A stretch of DNA of 64,000 nt from Psammoneis japonica (lineage: Eukaryota): contig QPGO01000032.1 in the NCBI GenBank assembly GCA_008632985.1, positions 555,330 to 619,329 on the forward strand, given 5' to 3'. The notes under the pieces were generated by a model that was not told where the DNA came from, did not search any database, and was given only the letters and a program-made list of their open reading frames with translations. The position numbers and the translations under genes are program-made. This document shows positions 49,151 through 61,000 of this stretch, piece by piece. Position 1 is the first letter of the stretch; each line of letters starts with the position of its first letter.

Positions 49151-51641
49151 GCAAGAAAAGAGCAGTTTGTCTGGCTCAAACAGCTCCAAAATGAAAGACT
49201 CTTTGCTCAATGCAAAACAACCAGCTGCAGCACACGTCAGTTGAAGCACATTGCCACAGCAATGCTCAAAAAAGGAAGATGTAGACAAGCCCCTTTGAGC
49301 ACAATGTTGACAGCAGCAGTGTGATGCTGGTGAATGAGCTTCTGAACCCACAGGAAATGCTGAAGAGAAGTTCATCTGCAAAGTGGTTTCCCCACTCTGC
49401 AAACGCACTCTGAGCCACACATTCTGCTGCAACAATGGCACAGCCAGAACACAATTTGTGAAAATTTGCTTCAGCTCAGAGTGTTGGTTTTTTTTTCACT
49501 CAGCTCAGAATGCCAACCTGAAATGTGCAGCTCACAGAGGCAGCTTTGACAAAATTGATTTGCAGAGCAACTGTCACAAACAATTCAAAGGCCAGTCATT
49601 GCAAAGTGCATCATTTCACAGCGCACTTTGGTTGTTCAATCTCCAACAAATTGCCCATCATTCATTTCAGTCATTTGCTGCTGCAACACTTTGATGCAAA
49701 ACATCTTGTGCACTCAAAAGCTCCATGTTCTTTTGTGTTTTCACATTTTCATGTTTTGTGTTCAACAAGCCGTTGTGACCCAGCTGCACATCTGGCATGA
49801 TGGAAGCTGCCACTGCACTTTGTTTTGACTTCATCCACCTTGGCCATTGCCCCCCTCCTTCTTGTGTTCTTGTGCTCCCTTGTTCTTGTTGCTTGCCCAC
49901 TGTGCTCCACCCCTGTTCTCTTTGCTGGCACTGCAACATCTGTTTGCCCATGAGCCACTTTTGTTGTCTTCTTTTCTGTTTCGGTGCTTCATCAAAATGT
50001 CAGACACGACACTCTGCTGTCTTGCCTCCTGTGCGTGCACCATTTTGCAGCTGCCATCATTGTCAGGAGCCACTTTGTTGCCTGTCCAATCCATGCACCT
50101 TGTGTTTTTTTCTCTTCTTTGCAAAGAAAGCCCACAGCAAAATGTGTGCTCAGCAACATTGTGCCAGCCATGTTTCTCCTTTTTGTTCATTGCCTTGCCT
50201 TGTTTTTTCATGTGCTGTTGCCCTCTGTTTGCCCTGAAACAGCATTTTGTGTTCTTGTGTTTGTGCAGAAGCTCTCTTCATGCATCTGCTCTCTGTCTCT
50301 GAGCTTGTTGCGCTTCAAACCATCAATTGGTTTCACCAGCTGGTCCCATTTTTTGTGTTTCTTCTCTGTTTGCATTTGTTTGACAGTTTTTTTTTGTCAT
50401 GGACACAGTTTCTCTTCAAAATTCCACCCAGTTTTGAACCTCATTTCTTTTTGTTCATGTTTTTGCACACAAGATGTTTGGGTGGCAGAGCAACCACAGC
50501 ATGACACTCACTTCACAAGGTCATCAAAAATTGTTCAATTTTTCCTCTCACACTCAATGTCACCATGTCTGCACTTTGGAGTCTTTCATTTGAATCTTGT
50601 TTTGCACCCTCCATTCTTGCACAAAGGGCTTTGCATTGCACTCAACTTTCTGCTAAAAGCTTCCAATGCCTGTTTGCTTGCAACCCTCTCAGCACACTTG
50701 CTTGCCATCACAGGTCATCAACAACGCCTGGCTCACTGCAAGCGCCATCTGGTCAGGTGTGACCCATGAATCTGCTGGCTTTGGGAAGCCAGCGTGTGAC
50801 ATTCTTTTCAAACATGCAACTGGCCCATGTTCTTTGAAGAGCAGCAAACATGAGTTTGATGCTCCCAAAATGCACAAAGAACTCTGGGACTCAACCAAGA
50901 AAGGAACATCTTCACCCACTTGATGAAGAGCACAACATTGTCCTTTCTTCCTGTGACAAATTGTTGAAATTTTTGGAGTCTGATTTTCTCAAACTCTTCA
51001 GTGTGTCCAAAAATGAGGCACAATTTGATCTTCAAGCCCTTCCTTGCCTGTTTTCAGGATTTGGCAGCATGCGCCAAACATGGCTGGCTGTTCAAGAATG
51101 AAATGGAGTGACACACTTGCCCCTCTTTGCACCATTCTTGTGCCCCTGTGCCATCACCACAATGAAAAGTTAGCTCTCAACCACAAGTGTGCTGAAGCCA
51201 AAGACAAATCCTCTCCATGCATGACAGTGTGGCTGTTCTCAAATCCAGCTCCAGCAAAGCCAGCAGTGGTGCCAATGGCCATTGCATGAAGGAGTCTCTC
51301 ACTTGCCTTCTTGTCACCCACAAAATTTTTGGTGCATTTGCAGCTGCAAAGATTTTGTGGAGACTGATTTTGACCAATGTTGAGCCCAAGTTGCTGGAGT
51401 GCATTCCTTCTGCCCCCCACAGCAAGGACATGGACTGATTTGTTGACGGGCTCAGCTGGAAGAAACTTGGCAGAGCCAAACAAAAGAGCTGTGGCCAGTG
51501 AGAGCTGTGTTGCTTCATTGACATGTGGGGCAGTGCTGTCAAGTGGGTCTGCCACCTGGACAAGAAAAAATGAAACAGCATGTGGTTGAGAGGCACCACA
51601 GGGCATCAATGCCAAGCCACTCATGATGGCAAACGTGCCAA

Positions 51642-51939
51642 GATGCACTCCAACCTGGGCAGGACTGTGCACAACATTCACTCACAGAATTCTGCGCACA
51701 AACTTTGCAGCTTGTGTTCTGGTCAATGGGTGCATTTGTCTTCAACATCCAAACAAGTGACCAAATTTGCAGCATGCCCACCACACCTCTCAATGCTCAA
51801 AGCCATCTCTAAAAAAAATTGTCAAAAGTTGTTGAGTGGATCACCCAACAATTGCGCTGCAAAGTGACACAAAATTTCACAAAAGTCATGCAGAATTGTG
51901 CATGTGCAACATGAGGTGCACCTGCAGCTGGAGTGCATC
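51642..51939 (+). mobile_element. Old, hypermutated relative of the 46366-46755 MITE
   Basis: Collinear homology (tgtcaaaagttgttg...tgacacaaaat...). Remnant TIR gatgcactcca/tggagtgcatc. Degenerate TSD ccaa/ccac. Confidence 0.8.
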
Positions 51940-54324
51940 CCACCAACAAGAGCCCACCCACTGCTGTTCCAGCCACCAAAATGCTCTCCCACCCTGAGTG
52001 GCTGGGTGCAGCCAGACATGTTCGAACCCCAGGCGGGGCTCCGTCTGACATTTGCCTGCAGAGTTCTGCAAGCTCCACAGCAAAATCATTGGGTGATGAA
52101 CACATGAATGACAACCAACAGAAAAAGATGCAATTTTGTGAGTGCATCTCCTTCTCCAAACTTGAAGCACTTGAGGCATCCTGCAAAGACTCAACTTTGC
52201 TGCACAGAGTTCACACACAGATCTGCACACAACACGTGCCAGAGATCATGTGTGGGCAAGATGCAGAACCCCAGTGCTGATTTTTGATCCAAGATTTTGT
52301 CTCTGACAGTGTGAGTCCCACAAAAATTGTGGATCAAACTCCTGTGCGGGACTCAACATGACATGACTCAGAGGAGCCAGATGACAACAACATCTCTTTC
52401 TTGCAAGACCCAATGAGCCACACATGCATGGAAAGATTGTTGCTCAAGAGTGGATCAATTGCAAAAGTCAAGCTGCATCTCACACCATTGTGTGTGCAGC
52501 AGACATCACAAACAGTTTAAAATCCAATGCCCTCCCAGCTTGCAATTTTGAGGAAAAGTCTGATGACACCTTTAGACATGATGATGTGAGACACAATTTG
52601 ATGCCCCCCCCCCCCCAACCTTTTTCCCCAGCACATGCTTGAGACACTTTGATGCCTCTTTCTCTGCAATGCTCAACATGTTGACAGAATGATTGTTGCA
52701 GAAAATCTTTGCTCCACTCAGTGGATTCATTGCAGCCTCAACAACAAAAAGGGAAATGAAAAGGCTTTGCAAAACAGGGAGGAGTGTCAAACAATTTTGC
52801 ATGAGGCAGCATGCAGAAATGAGCATGCATGACATGTGGCATGATCCAAAAAAGGTCCCACCTGCCAGCTGCACCAACAGAGCTGGAGTGCACCTGAAAT
52901 GGCAGCTGCAGCATGCTGCACACAGCCCCACCACATTTGTTTTGCACCTGGCATGTGGTCAATGCTCCTCTGCTCTTGGTCATTTTTCTCTGCAGGGTCT
53001 TGGAGACATCCATTCTCTCACCTTTTCAACCAAGCAAATCTCATCCAGGGAAGATGCCCTGTGCAGATTTTTCCTCTTCATCTTACACACCAATGCCTTG
53101 TGTGGTTGCAACATGCATCCATGGCATTCTTTCCTGCCCCCCAATTCCTGTTTTTCTCCACTGCCCAAAACTGAGCTGCAGAATCTCAGTCACATTTGCC
53201 ACGTGGTGTGGTGCCATTGTGTTTGCAACAAGTGCTTTCCATCATGACAAGGATGACCAAAAGGAGCAGAGCTCAAGGTGGTGGTTGGATGGTGAAAGAC
53301 TCCTCACCCCTTCTTGGAAACATTGAGGAGGACAACACAACAGAGTCAGTGGTCTGGCAGATGGATTCTTAGAAGTTGGTGATGAAGATGCCATTCAAAC
53401 GGCATGATGAAATCTTGCACAGCTGCATGGAAGTGCATTGTCTTTGGCAGCTCCTGTTGTGGCAGGCACTGCAGTGCAAAGCACTTCAGCTTGAGCACCA
53501 TCACACTGCAGAACAGCTGAAGTGTCCATGCACTCATCCCACCCATGCACATGCAGAGTTCTTCAGCATGGACACATGGTGTGCAGGATTTGGACACACC
53601 AAGATTGGGGACAAGTTTTTGAAGACTGACATTCAATCTGATGTGGAGACACAGTTATGTTGTGAGATGTGCATCCTGATGACTGGAAAGATTCATCAAA
53701 TGAATGCAGTGCATGGCACAATGTTTTCTTCATTCAAAGCTCCAAGCACGAGAACAGATGTCATTGAACCAGCCATGCAGACACGCAAAATCGGTCTTTT
53801 GCCACGGCATGCCGCCAAAAAATTGCTTGAGCGTCATGAGAAGGGAAACGGAGCGACTCCAGACTGAAATGTTTGAGCACGGATCTTTGGGAAGAAATGC
53901 GAGAGAAAAGCCGAAAAGCACCGTCTCTTGTTTGCATGCTGGACTCGCAACAACGCAAAATTTTGAAAATGCTCATAGATTTGCCTGCTTTTACTTACAG
54001 GCCGCCATCATTTCACATGTGAAAAGTTGAAACAGTGCCTGCCATGCCGAATCCAGAAAAAAAGACTGGCTGGCAGGCTTGTGCCATTACTAGAGTAGAG
54101 CCTCTACGCTGCGGGAATGAACGAGCCTTCTGTTTGGCACAGACAGAAACGCTCTGCGGTTGCCCATGCGTTCATTTCCTACTATCGTAAAATTATATTG
54201 GAATGCTGCTCTTCGTGTTCTCAGGTCCGAAGAAGCAGGGCTCTACTATTATCCACCTTTGATCGTGGCCTCCACGGTGACGGATCCATGAATGAGATAG
54301 AAGCTACCCAAGTAGAATAGTACC

Positions 54325-57300
54325 CTAAGTTTGACATTGTTTGTATAGACTGTCCTCACGCAACAGAGTATCGATAATCAATGTGGCAGTGCTCAAAAGA
54401 TCCTCTACAGGGCCATCGGATCGCGTACACGAGACAATCTTTTGCTTCAGATCGTCCGGAAGGGATTCAGGAAGGCGACTGTAGCAGGCCCAAGTTGCAC
54501 GAAAGACCGGCCACCAATGGAGCACAGCTAGAAGGAAACGCCGAAGTTTGAGTTTACACCAGACGATTGTGCGATCGATTCTTGGTCGCTCCGGGCTCTC
54601 AATCTGAGACACTGCTTTTGAGACCGTCTGCGTGGGCTGTAGCAGTTGCCCCACCAACGGGTCTTCTCTGGTGGTCAGGTTTGGGTTCACACTCCCTGAC
54701 CCGACTCTTTCCAGTCTATGAAACTTCGTGGTGTGTTGGCTAACGCAATTCGCACATGAATCGAAATCATCGCAGTCGAGACAATGGAATCGGTCTTCGT
54801 GGGGTGCAATCATGCGTTTACAATTGTCACAATAAAACGAAACGGTCGGGTCCATCCGAATACGTCGCTGCGCCATGATAAGGTCATCCATCGCCTGCTT
54901 GAGCGACATGTCATTCTGGGCCGGAGCAAAAGTCTTGCCAACCGGAAAGTTCATTGCACTGGCCCACATTGGGAGCTCATTGGGCGTAGGAGCCCGAGAA
55001 GGAGTGGGCGCCGAGCCAGCGAAACCACTAGTGGCAGGCGCAGCTGCCCCGAAAGGAGCTGGAGCAGACCCGAAGGAGGGAGCGGGGGCAGATGAGCCAA
55101 ATGCCCCACCAGCGGGAGCTGGCGCAGGCCCAAAGGAGAGAGCTGGTGCGGATGCGCCAGGAAACCCACCAGCCCGAGCGGGCGCAGAGCCCGCGAAGGC
55201 AGCAGCCTGGACAGGAGCAGATCCAAACAAAGTGCCAGTGACAGGTGCACTAGCCCCAAAAGAGCCTTGAGTAGCAGACCCTCTGGGTGAACCGACTATA
55301 CCACCAGGTGCAGGCGCCCGGCTCCCAAAAGAAGACGGAGAAGGTGAATCAAACAAACCAAGGGCTGGTGGGCCAAAGGGACTGGCACCAAACGACGAAA
55401 ACGCTGGTAGGAACGGAGCGGGTGGCTGATGGTCAGCATCAATGGGAGCCCGAGTTGCCACTGTTCGACGCCGACCAAGATATGATGTACTCCCAGAGGG
55501 TGATGGGATATTGAAGCGAAAAGAGACTTCATCCTCCAACCGAGTTCGAAGATTTGTCCTCATAATGGGAGCTAGACATACGCCCTTGCCTTTGCTATTG
55601 CCAACCAACCCGCCACCGCTAGTCAGTAACTTCAACCAATCATGCGCAATGAAGCCCACGCCCAAACTCTCTGCTTCTGGTACCACATCTGCTTTGTTTT
55701 CGACGCTCGAACCATCTGCACTAAACCGAATATCCAACGCTGTCGCAAGCTGAGACGCACTTTCCAAACGAGACACCAAGTAGACAACCAACTCATCATT
55801 CGCTACCACATTTTCGAGGACTGTCGTTGTATAATTCTCATTAGAAACATCTGGTAATCCAAACTTTGGCAGTTCATCGTGACTTTCGCTAGCTCGTTGA
55901 ATGGCCAACACTTCGACGCCATTCGCACGCCCGGAGGAATATGAAACACTCCCTGCCGCTACCATTACCTTGAATGGCGGAGGCCTACGCAGAGCACTCA
56001 CCCATGAAGCAAAGCTCTTTCGAAAGATTTGATTCAGCCCCTCAGTGCCTGGATCAGGAATGTCCAAGGCCAGTTGCGCCGGAACTTGTCCGAATATGCG
56101 AGCTACGCGACTTGCACAGTCTTGATTCAACCACGCACCAAAGCCGGTTACGACGCCATTCTTAATTCGAGCGACTTTACAGAGATTTTCAAGACTCGAC
56201 AGGTAGCCGACTCCTCGGTTGTGGCCTCCATCTGTGTCAAATTCCACAAAGGTACAAGCAAGCGGTTTGGCTGCTTCGCGACGCCATTGCTCATACTCTT
56301 TGGCAATGGTTTCGGGGCCCACGGCAAAGTCTGTAGCACCTCCTGGAGTAGTATGTCGCAGTGCCTGGACGTATTGGACGATGTTCGGCTGCGTGTTACT
56401 AGCTGTGGCCAGATCATTGTTCCGAATGGCATGGACAAGCTGCACAATGGAACACATAACATCCGCAACCGTGAAAGTCACTTTTGAAATGGATGTGTTC
56501 GGTGCTCTATGATCAAATGGCAGGAAAACATCCATCCAAACATCAGCTGGCAGTAATACTCCCGCTTCCACCAAGGTAGGAATGGATTCTAGCCGCTTGA
56601 GGAATCGAAGTTCGGCCAGCTCGTTGAAGCGTTGTCGTACCGTCGTGTTTCCAGTGGAAGAGCGCCCCGTTGACCCCGATTTGTCAGAAAGTGTTAGATT
56701 TAACAAGAACATCCCTTGTTGACGGGGCAGAGCATTTGGAGCCTTGACTTTTAGACGCCAAAGGCTCCCCATTGGCCCATGACCCGGCAACGGAACCTGA
56801 AGATTTCTCAACTCAGACGGCACTAGCAACTTCGCTTGTGGCGCTGGAGGCGTCGTCACTTGCAATTGATTCATGACATGTACAAAATCATCATCCGTAC
56901 CAGTTTGATTATTCGGCATAGCCAACCAGGCCAAGACACCGCAAGATCTAGGTGGCAAACATTCCCACTGGATGGAGCAAGACACGACATCACTGCTGGT
57001 GGCCGATGCTTCCAACTCAGACAGGGCAAGAATTGTAGTTTGTTTCATATGATCCTGATTCTTCAAATGCTTGTAAGCATCATGATTCGTGGGCATGATC
57101 ACTGCTCCAGCAGGAGCTGACAGCACAAGAGATAAACGTGCCAAACCTCCCTCATGGTTGGTCTCGGCGAATGGCAATACAACCCAAAGTGGCAATAGAC
57201 GGTACCCTCCAATATCTAGACCGTCCAGACTCTGAGCTTCATACGTATACAGCGATTCTGTCTGAAGCGTGACAATGAGTCGTGCTTTTTGTGAAAAGGG

Positions 57301-57786
57301 TCCCAGAGTCAGTTTGACCGAGTCGGCCGAGACGGTTGCTTTTCCAGCTGTTTGTCCCGTGTCTTGTGTCATGACTGCCTGTACCACCTCATCCGCAGTG
57401 GTTGTATAATCAATTTGTGCCGTAATATCCACCCACTGTCCGTGGATGTATTCTTGAAATTCCGTCGCCACAACGGCTAATTCTTGATCCCCATGCACGA
57501 TACTTTTCGCCATGGCTACGCGGACGACCATGGATTCATTTGGATGAGGATTCTCGAATTCGAAACAAGCACCCACTTGTAGAGAGTTGTCGGCTTTGAG
57601 CTGTACTTCATAATCAATCCGAGAAGGAAACACCTGAGATCGAAACGGCGAAACAGAGAATCCTGCACTTGCCACCATTGGCAACGAAATGCCGTTGAGT
57701 GTGGTCGTCGAATTGGGGGGAGAAGTGTCATCTCCGGGCTGAGGTTGAATTGGTGCTGAGTTTGTAGAGGAAGATGGATCAATCAT
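54325..57786 (-). CDS. Large protein with a vWA-like domain, a Pro/Ala/FG low-complexity linker and a ZZ-type zinc finger
   Basis: Intronless ORF. LSDKSGST (MIDAS-like), PGGATDF and FDTDGG. PAPAxFG repeats. CDNC..RFHCLDCDDFDSCANC..H..H. Confidence 0.8.
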   Translation of the reverse strand: MIDPSSSTNSAPIQPQPGDDTSPPNSTTTLNGISLPMVASAGFSVSPFRSQVFPSRIDYEVQLKADNSLQVGACFEFENPHPNESMVVRVAMAKSIVHGDQELAVVATEFQEYIHGQWVDITAQIDYTTTADEVVQAVMTQDTGQTAGKATVSADSVKLTLGPFSQKARLIVTLQTESLYTYEAQSLDGLDIGGYRLLPLWVVLPFAETNHEGGLARLSLVLSAPAGAVIMPTNHDAYKHLKNQDHMKQTTILALSELEASATSSDVVSCSIQWECLPPRSCGVLAWLAMPNNQTGTDDDFVHVMNQLQVTTPPAPQAKLLVPSELRNLQVPLPGHGPMGSLWRLKVKAPNALPRQQGMFLLNLTLSDKSGSTGRSSTGNTTVRQRFNELAELRFLKRLESIPTLVEAGVLLPADVWMDVFLPFDHRAPNTSISKVTFTVADVMCSIVQLVHAIRNNDLATASNTQPNIVQYVQALRHTTPGGATDFAVGPETIAKEYEQWRREAAKPLACTFVEFDTDGGHNRGVGYLSSLENLCKVARIKNGVVTGFGAWLNQDCASRVARIFGQVPAQLALDIPDPGTEGLNQIFRKSFASWVSALRRPPPFKVMVAAGSVSYSSGRANGVEVLAIQRASESHDELPKFGLPDVSNENYTTTVLENVVANDELVVYLVSRLESASQLATALDIRFSADGSSVENKADVVPEAESLGVGFIAHDWLKLLTSGGGLVGNSKGKGVCLAPIMRTNLRTRLEDEVSFRFNIPSPSGSTSYLGRRRTVATRAPIDADHQPPAPFLPAFSSFGASPFGPPALGLFDSPSPSSFGSRAPAPGGIVGSPRGSATQGSFGASAPVTGTLFGSAPVQAAAFAGSAPARAGGFPGASAPALSFGPAPAPAGGAFGSSAPAPSFGSAPAPFGAAAPATSGFAGSAPTPSRAPTPNELPMWASAMNFPVGKTFAPAQNDMSLKQAMDDLIMAQRRIRMDPTVSFYCDNCKRMIAPHEDRFHCLDCDDFDSCANCVSQHTTKFHRLERVGSGSVNPNLTTREDPLVGQLLQPTQTVSKAVSQIESPERPRIDRTIVWCKLKLRRFLLAVLHWWPVFRATWACYSRLPESLPDDLKQKIVSCTRSDGPVEDLLSTATLIIDTLLREDSLYKQCQT

Positions 57787-58099
57787 GGTAGTCGACAACT
57801 CATGCAAACCACTGCCATCCAAACGAAAGAGGCATCCTTCTGAAGTGTTGCGGCTCTTTTCTTGTTCGTTGTTTGCTCGCCATTCAATCGTTGACATGTT
57901 GCTCTTGTTGTTGGTTGTTTTGAGATTCCGTGACTCCTCGCGGTGAATACCTTTCTCTTGTAGCTATGATTTGTGTCCACGATCGTGAATCGTGATGCTT
58001 GCAGTCGCATCTGCTTGCTTTGTCTGCGGTCGATTTTATTCATTTCATTCTAATACGGCGCATGCAGCGTGCGCATCTTCACGCTCCCGCCGGCAGCAG

Positions 58100-61000
58100 T
58101 CGTTTTGCAAAACCACACACAAAATGATAAAGATGAGTTTCTCCATTGACGTCACCAGTGCAAAAACAGGTCAAATGACAAAGTCACTGTGATGTTGCAT
58201 GTGCAATGACCCCTGCCCTCCTGATGGGTCAGTTGATGCTGTGTGTGTGCAGCATCAGCAGATTGTGGCAGCACACTGTGACACCTCTTTGCAGCAGCGC
58301 TGCATTTTGGTCATCATTGTGGCGTGAGTTGTTTGTGCTCCTGACTCTCAGAGCACAAGTGCATCAAAGCTGTGTGCTCCAAAGCCACACACACAAAATT
58401 TTGGAGGAAGCAGAACCAGGTTGTGCTACCTGAAACAATGATGCACCACGCTCTTCTGGACTCCTCATGCATGGACAGCACCGTTGCTTGCCAGAGGAAG
58501 CACCTTGGTTTTTGTGTTTCTGCAAAAGAAAGAGCCAGCAGAGAGTGCACCAGCTGCAGCACCACTGGTCTTGACCAGCACACCTTTGAATTTTGGGGGC
58601 AATCATGTCACCTTTGCCATTTTTAGCTCTGAATTTTGTCTGGACAACAAGGCCAGAGATGCGGGCAGCAAGGGAGCAGGGGGGGGGGGTCAACAAAGAA
58701 CTTTCTTTTGGAGCAAGAAGTGCTTGAAGCAAACAAACAGGGGTGCATGTCTCATGCTGGCAGCTTTGTCTGTGATGCAACCAGTGCTTTAAAACGCTGC
58801 CAGCCCACACTTGATTGCTTCTTTTTCTCTGTGGCGAGCAGCTTGCAGCATGAAGAGGCCAAGTTCTTGATGACTTGTTCCAGACTTAGGTGGCGCGCAC
58901 ATGCCCCTTTTCGCAGAAAAAATAATTTTTTAATGCTTTATGGAACACCGTACATATTTAATAAAATTGATCATATAAATGGCTTCTAAGTAAAATAAAC
59001 AGAATAAACTCGAACAAACAAACAGCCAAACCGGCCATGGCTTTCAGTGACCATGACGGCCCACTTTTTTCAGCCTTATGGAAAATTGAATGTCATGACC
59101 AGGATCTCCGTATTTGATATAGTCTGTGTCATCAACAACAATAGTGAAAATGCTTGTTGAAGGCTGCAGCGCGGCACAATAATGCTAAATCTGTCAGCAA
59201 CAACAATTGAGCCTCTATTCACTCACAATTTGCCTCTAAGGACCATTTCTTTTCTATTACCATGTATATTTCCTCAATATATTCGACTGATTCAAGTGTA
59301 TCAATCGTTTATGCCTTTTAAACCGTGAAAAATGGTCCGAAGTCGACGCCATTGCGTGGGCTGAGCTACACTTCTTCTCACGTCGTCCTAAACTTATTAA
59401 TCAACGTATGCTTTATTCGATCCGTTGAGTGTAACTCGTATTTGCGTATAGAAACAAAATATTAATTATGCTATGTTAAAGACTTAATTTATATATATTA
59501 ATAATATTTTATATGTTTCTTGTTACATTAAGGCATATATAAATAGCTCATCGGAAAATTCGAGCTCTCAACTTACGGTACAATTTAGCGACTAACAACT
59601 GAGTCCATCAACAGTTTCGAATACATGGGTACACGCACAAGACAATTCTGTATGTACCCATAACAACACATTTGTAAATTGTTATGTTTTTACTATCGAA
59701 AATGGTACCGCAAGTGTGGACCGCGCGTTTCATGCAAAAAGGGTCTTTTTTCGCGCGTGAGTGCACCTAAGTCTGGAACAAGTCTGATGCAGGGAATGCA
59801 GTTTTGTGCCGTGTGTGTGTGTGGTCAGATGTGCTGCATGTCTCTTGAACATCAGCAAAAATTTTAAGTCATGGACAATTCACATTTTGAAAGAGTTGAA
59901 AGAATGTAAGATGGGTCGAGCTTGGCAAAAGAAAGTCCACTCAATGTGAGAGCTGTGACAGCAAGAACAACAGCAAGAGTTGTGTTTTGCCTTTTGTGCT
60001 TGTTTTGCTTGTCATGTGCACTCCTTCTGTTGGACTGCATTGCTCCATTGCCAACTTTGCTTCTGCAATTGCAAAAGACACCAACATCATCTTGAAATAA
60101 AAAAAAGAAGGCTGCAGCTCATCTCTGTTCTCAGCACAGCCTCTGCAAATGCACCCCAGCAAAACAGCAAAGCTGTGCAGCGACTCTTTGTGCTGACTCA
60201 CAAACTCAGCTTGGCTTTTCTCTGCACTGCCCAGACTTTTCTAGATTCTCAATGAGCCCAGCAACAACATTGATCTCAGCATGTGCCAACAGTGCACTTG
60301 AGTTGGTGCACCTTGAAGAGTTCAGCAGTGTGCTTGTGATTCTGCACCATGGTCAACCAGCCACTGACATGTGCCAAAGGTGACAGCACAGCAAAGGACC
60401 TTGTGGAGAGTGCTTTGAGAGCATGCAGAGCATCTTGTGAAGGAAGAAAAGAGTGGGGTCCAGCTGCCTGACCCCAGGCAGCTTTGAAACAAAAAAATCA
60501 TCTGAAGGGGCAGAAAAAAGCCTGCTGTGACAAAGATTGGCTGGAGCTGCCCACAAAAAGGAAAAGGAGCTCAAAACTTCTTCATGCATTCTCATCTCTC
60601 ATCCATGGACAAGCTTGAAAAAATCCAAAGAACCCTTTGCTCAGGAAGAGATTGACAGCAGCAGTGATGACAACAAATGAGCCAAGCCTGCAGATCTCAC
60701 AGAAAAGTTGAAGAGATGCCAAACCAGGGTGTTGAAGACAGAGGAGAGGTGAGACAAAACCGGAGGATGCAGAGCAGTTGGAGAAAGCAGGTGTGCTGAA
60801 CAGAGAGTGGAGTGCACAACTGCACTGCTCCTCCATCATCAGCCCTGTCCAGACCTGAGCACAAAAGAAAAAGCAAGCCATGAGCCACAGCATCACTGCA
60901 ACCCCAATGTGCTGCAGTCCCTCAGCAACATTGCCAGCCCCCACCAGCAAAACAACAGCGCAAAAGTTGCTCATGCATTTCACAGCTGCTGTGTGCTCAG

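Larger units (their letters stand above)
45640..54030. repeat. TpA/CpG-erased relic domain D (nested decayed elements)
   Basis: ~8.4 kb almost lacking TA and CG except for the inserted MITE. Contains a copy of a repeat also found in domain E. Confidence 0.78.

Noticed and set aside
54037..54093. Hairpin gcctgcca...tggcaggc followed by CTAG at the end of domain D (Helitron 3' end?)
   Set aside because: CTAG is followed by A rather than T, the loop is long, and no Rep/helicase remnant was recognised.
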